DNA of 19,173 bases from Oligoflexales bacterium (GTDB lineage Bacteria > Bdellovibrionota_B > Oligoflexia > Oligoflexales > Bog-1112). The stretch spans positions 1 to 19,173 of the forward strand of contig JBGCDR010000053.1 of the NCBI GenBank assembly GCA_045105515.1. Reading direction: 5' to 3'. This document shows positions 16,387-19,173 of the stretch, piece after piece. The notes under the pieces were generated by a model. The model saw only the letters and a program-made list of their open reading frames with translations. It did no database searches and was not told the origin of the DNA. Within the stretch, counting starts at the first letter, position 1, and each line of letters begins with the position of its first letter. The translations under genes and the position numbers were made by a program.

Positions 16387-18705
16387 ATGGAAAAAGATGA
16401 GCACAAAGCTTCCAAATCAAATTATGACTCCTTACCCGGGACAAAGGCTACAAAGGAACCTATTACGCCTGATCAAGAATTTGCTTCCTTAATCGAAAAG
16501 CTTAGTAGCTATGTAACTGACGAACAATCTATACAACTTGTCACCCAAGCATATGAATTTGCGAGCGAGTGCCATAAAAATCAAAAGCGTAGATCTGGCG
16601 AGCCATACATAACCCACCCTTTAGCTGTAGCAGGCATCTTGGCTGACCTTAAAGTGGACCTAGCCTCTATTATCGCAGCCATTCTTCATGATGTAGTTGA
16701 AGATACAGAAGCCACCCTAGAGGATATTGAGTCGAGATTTGGCAATGTGATTGCAAATCTAGTTGATGGCCTTACAAAAATAGGGAAAATTAAATTTCGT
16801 TCTTCCCAAGAGCGCATGGCTGAGAACTTTCGTAAGATGATTCTCGCAATGGCCAAGGATTTAAGAGTTATCTTAGTTAAACTTGCAGATCGCCTTCACA
16901 ATATGAGAACTCTGGGGGCTCTAGTTGAGGAAAAACGAAGGCGCATTGCCCAGGAAACGCTTGATATCTATGCACCATTAGCTAACCGCCTAGGTATTTA
17001 TGGAATAAAAAGTGAACTAGAAGACCTCTGTCTCAAAGAGACAAAATACAAGATCTATAAAGAAATTAGCCGCAAAATTGCAGCCAAGAAAAAGCAGCGT
17101 GAAGCCTATATAGGTGAAGTCATCCAAATTTTGGATACTGAACTAAAAAAATATGGTTTCAAAAATGTGAAAGTGTACGGAAGGCCAAAACATTTCTATT
17201 CGATATATAAAAAAATGGTTGATCGGCAACTAGCCTTTGAAGACATACACGACCTTTTCGCCTTCCGTATTATCGTTGACTCAATAAAGGACTGCTACGA
17301 AGCCTTAGGGGTCATCCACGCTATGTGGAAGCCAATGCCTGGGCGCTTCAAAGACTATATTGCAATGCCAAAGGCCAACTTGTACCAGTCTCTCCATACA
17401 ACGGTAATTAGGCCCAATGGAACTCCTGCTGAAATACAAATCCGTACCCACGATATGCATTCCATCTGCGAATTCGGGATTGCAGCACATTGGTCCTATA
17501 AAGAAAAATCTCCTGCTCCTGCAAAAGCCACTGACTTCAAATCTTTTTCATGGCTTAGGCAGATGATGGAGCTGCATCATGATGTTAAAGATCCAAATGA
17601 GTTTCTGGATGCTGTTAAGGTCGACTTATTTGATGAAGAAATATTCGTATTCACTCCAAAAGGAGATGTGATTCAGTTAGCATCGGGAGCAACTCCCTTA
17701 GACTTCGCGTTTACAGTTCATACTGACGTGGGATTATCCACCGTAGGAGCTAAAGTTAACGGAAAAATAACCCCTCTTCGCAGCAAAATACACTCAGGCG
17801 ATATTGTCGAAATCATCACATCTTCCAACCAAAAACCTAGTAAAGATTGGTTGAATTTCGTCACCACCTCAAAAGCACGCAATAAAATCCGTTCTTATTT
17901 ACGCAGTGAGCAACGAGAAAGCAGCCGTAAAATCGGTAGAGAATTGCTGACCCATGAACTTTCGCAAAGAGGCTTTGATCTCGAAAAAATGATCGATCAA
18001 AGCAAGATCGATGTCTTAATAAAAGCTGGAAAAGAAAGCGGTCTAGAGGAGCTGCTTATTGCAATCGGTTATGGCAAAGTCAATGCTAAAGATCTTGTAG
18101 AAAAAGCGTATCCATCGCCAGCTCCAAGCGACGCGCCGAAATCTACTGACGAAACGAGCCCAGGCGCGAGAGATTTCAACGCTGACAAACTTAAGCGTTC
18201 TTCTGGAGTTCTGGTTTCAGGGATGGATAATATTTTGGTCACATATGGAAGGTGTTGCAACCCACTTCCCGGTGATCAAATCGTTGGTTTTATTACCAGA
18301 GGACGTGGAGTCTCCATACATCGCAATAATTGCAAACGAGCACTCGACCTAGATCCTGCCAGACGCATTGAAGTTTCTTGGGCAAAAGATGAAAAATCAC
18401 AGGCTTTGCATACTGCATACCTTAACATTGTTACTCAAGATCGTCAGGGTATCCTCGCAGATATTACTGTTGCAATTTCTGCAGAAGGGGCCAATATCCA
18501 ACGAGCAAAAGTTCAGATATCTCAAGACTTAATGGGCGTCATCGACTTTGAAATCACCTTGAATTCTGTGGATCAGCTCAACAAGATTATAAATAAAGTC
18601 GAAGGGATTCCTGACGTTATCTTAGTCGAACGCAAAGAAAAAGAGCGCAAATCAAAAACCAAAACCAAAACCAAAACCAAGGTTTCCAAAAAACCAGAAA
18701 CATAG
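16387..18705 (+). CDS. rel: Bifunctional (p)ppGpp synthetase/hydrolase (long RSH, Rel/SpoT type)
   Basis: Hydrolase H..QKRRSGEPYITHP and LHDVVED intact. Synthetase GRPKHFYSIYKKM, DLFAFR, RFKDYI (RxKD), YQSLHT, EIQIRT. TGS (VFTPKGD...DFAF.VHT), RCCNPLPGD, ACT (DRQGILADI). Confidence 0.96.
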   Translation: MEKDEHKASKSNYDSLPGTKATKEPITPDQEFASLIEKLSSYVTDEQSIQLVTQAYEFASECHKNQKRRSGEPYITHPLAVAGILADLKVDLASIIAAILHDVVEDTEATLEDIESRFGNVIANLVDGLTKIGKIKFRSSQERMAENFRKMILAMAKDLRVILVKLADRLHNMRTLGALVEEKRRRIAQETLDIYAPLANRLGIYGIKSELEDLCLKETKYKIYKEISRKIAAKKKQREAYIGEVIQILDTELKKYGFKNVKVYGRPKHFYSIYKKMVDRQLAFEDIHDLFAFRIIVDSIKDCYEALGVIHAMWKPMPGRFKDYIAMPKANLYQSLHTTVIRPNGTPAEIQIRTHDMHSICEFGIAAHWSYKEKSPAPAKATDFKSFSWLRQMMELHHDVKDPNEFLDAVKVDLFDEEIFVFTPKGDVIQLASGATPLDFAFTVHTDVGLSTVGAKVNGKITPLRSKIHSGDIVEIITSSNQKPSKDWLNFVTTSKARNKIRSYLRSEQRESSRKIGRELLTHELSQRGFDLEKMIDQSKIDVLIKAGKESGLEELLIAIGYGKVNAKDLVEKAYPSPAPSDAPKSTDETSPGARDFNADKLKRSSGVLVSGMDNILVTYGRCCNPLPGDQIVGFITRGRGVSIHRNNCKRALDLDPARRIEVSWAKDEKSQALHTAYLNIVTQDRQGILADITVAISAEGANIQRAKVQISQDLMGVIDFEITLNSVDQLNKIINKVEGIPDVILVERKEKERKSKTKTKTKTKVSKKPET
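18655..18680 (+). repeat. (AAAACC)x4 in-frame hexanucleotide repeat encoding KTKTKTKT
   Basis: AAAACC at 18655, 18661, 18667 and 18673, followed by AA. Confidence 0.9.
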
Positions 18706-18706
18706 A

Positions 18707-18732
18707 GCAAGCTCAACCCAATGAGGGCTTGC
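18707..18732 (+). terminator. Hairpin immediately after the rel stop (possible terminator or 3' stabiliser)
   Basis: GCAAGCTC, 10-nt loop, GGGCTTGC (one G-U pair). No strong U-tract follows. Confidence 0.35.
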
Positions 18733-18833
18733 AGCATGTTTGCATCTTTGACCATTTATTATAAAATCTCTGTATCACCTAGATTTTAGCACACGTGAAC
18801 ACTTTCTTGTACCGGTCGAATTGAGGTAAATTG

Positions 18834-19100
18834 ATGCATAAATTGCTGTCACAACAAATAAAGCGTGCAAGTGGCGAGGAAAAAGTCAACTACGACAAAC
18901 TTCTAGAAATGGTCAATCTAACTTATTCAGAAATTGACGAAGCTAAGAAATCAACTGATAGAGACTATGCCACATTAGAAAGTGAAATAAAAAACTTAAA
19001 TGAAAAGATCACGGAAGCAAAGGAAATCAGTGAACGGCGGATTGCTAGATTAAGTGCAGAAGAAAAAATTCCATCGCTTCGGAAGGCGGATTTAGTTTAG
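18834..19100 (+). CDS. Small coiled-coil protein resembling the 'MHKLL.RQ' N-terminal module of sensor kinases and GGDEF/EAL proteins
   Basis: MHKLLSQQIKRA...LLEMVN.TY.E.D..K...DR followed by a heptad-rich helix. GAGG RBS 7 nt before ATG 18834. Confidence 0.7.
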   Translation: MHKLLSQQIKRASGEEKVNYDKLLEMVNLTYSEIDEAKKSTDRDYATLESEIKNLNEKITEAKEISERRIARLSAEEKIPSLRKADLV

Positions 19101-19137
19101 TCTATGAGGCTAATCTGCTTGCAAGAAAGGGGTATTT

Positions 19138-19173
19138 ATGTCTGCCAATCTCACTTATGAGCAAAGGTATGAG
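19138..19173 (+). CDS. Start of an unknown CDS running off the window (MSANLTYEQRYE...)
   Basis: AAAGGGGG RBS about 5 nt before ATG 19138. Frame is open to the edge. Confidence 0.5.
   Translation, partial: MSANLTYEQRYE

Noticed and set aside
17305..18755. Minus-strand 60-63 aa ORFs in rel
   Set aside because: Antisense shadows. The LVLVLVLV stretch is just the reverse of the AAAACC repeat.
1..19173. CRISPR array, prophage, defence island or rRNA
   Set aside because: No regularly spaced repeats, cas, integrase, phage or defence genes seen, and intergenic gaps are all about 310 bp or shorter.

Overview
AT-rich (roughly 40% GC by eye) bacterial chromosomal segment. The gene mix suggests Bdellovibrionota/Oligoflexia or a similar deltaproteobacterial-type lineage; this is inference only. 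Most of it is core or near-core. In order: a receiver-HisKA hybrid kinase truncated after its H-box (possibly by an IS whose tail sits at the left edge), fumC, a stand-alone Cys-free rpmG, a translationally coupled pair of Deg2-type HtrA proteases (first active, second with a degenerate catalytic triad), a group I truncated globin, a Ppm1/Dpm1-like GT2, two single-domain response regulators, an RNB ribonuclease with a signal-peptide-like N-terminus, a minus-strand run of S8 peptidase, long-form phhA and two hypotheticals, then gmk and rel with no rpoZ between them, a small coiled-coil protein and the start of another CDS. I found no rRNA, canonical tRNA or CRISPR array. No clearly new system is proven here. 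The best leads are the protease/pseudoprotease pair, the possibly exported RNB nuclease, the doubly anchored subtilase coupled to phhA, and a 76-nt structured element ending in CCA upstream of gmk.
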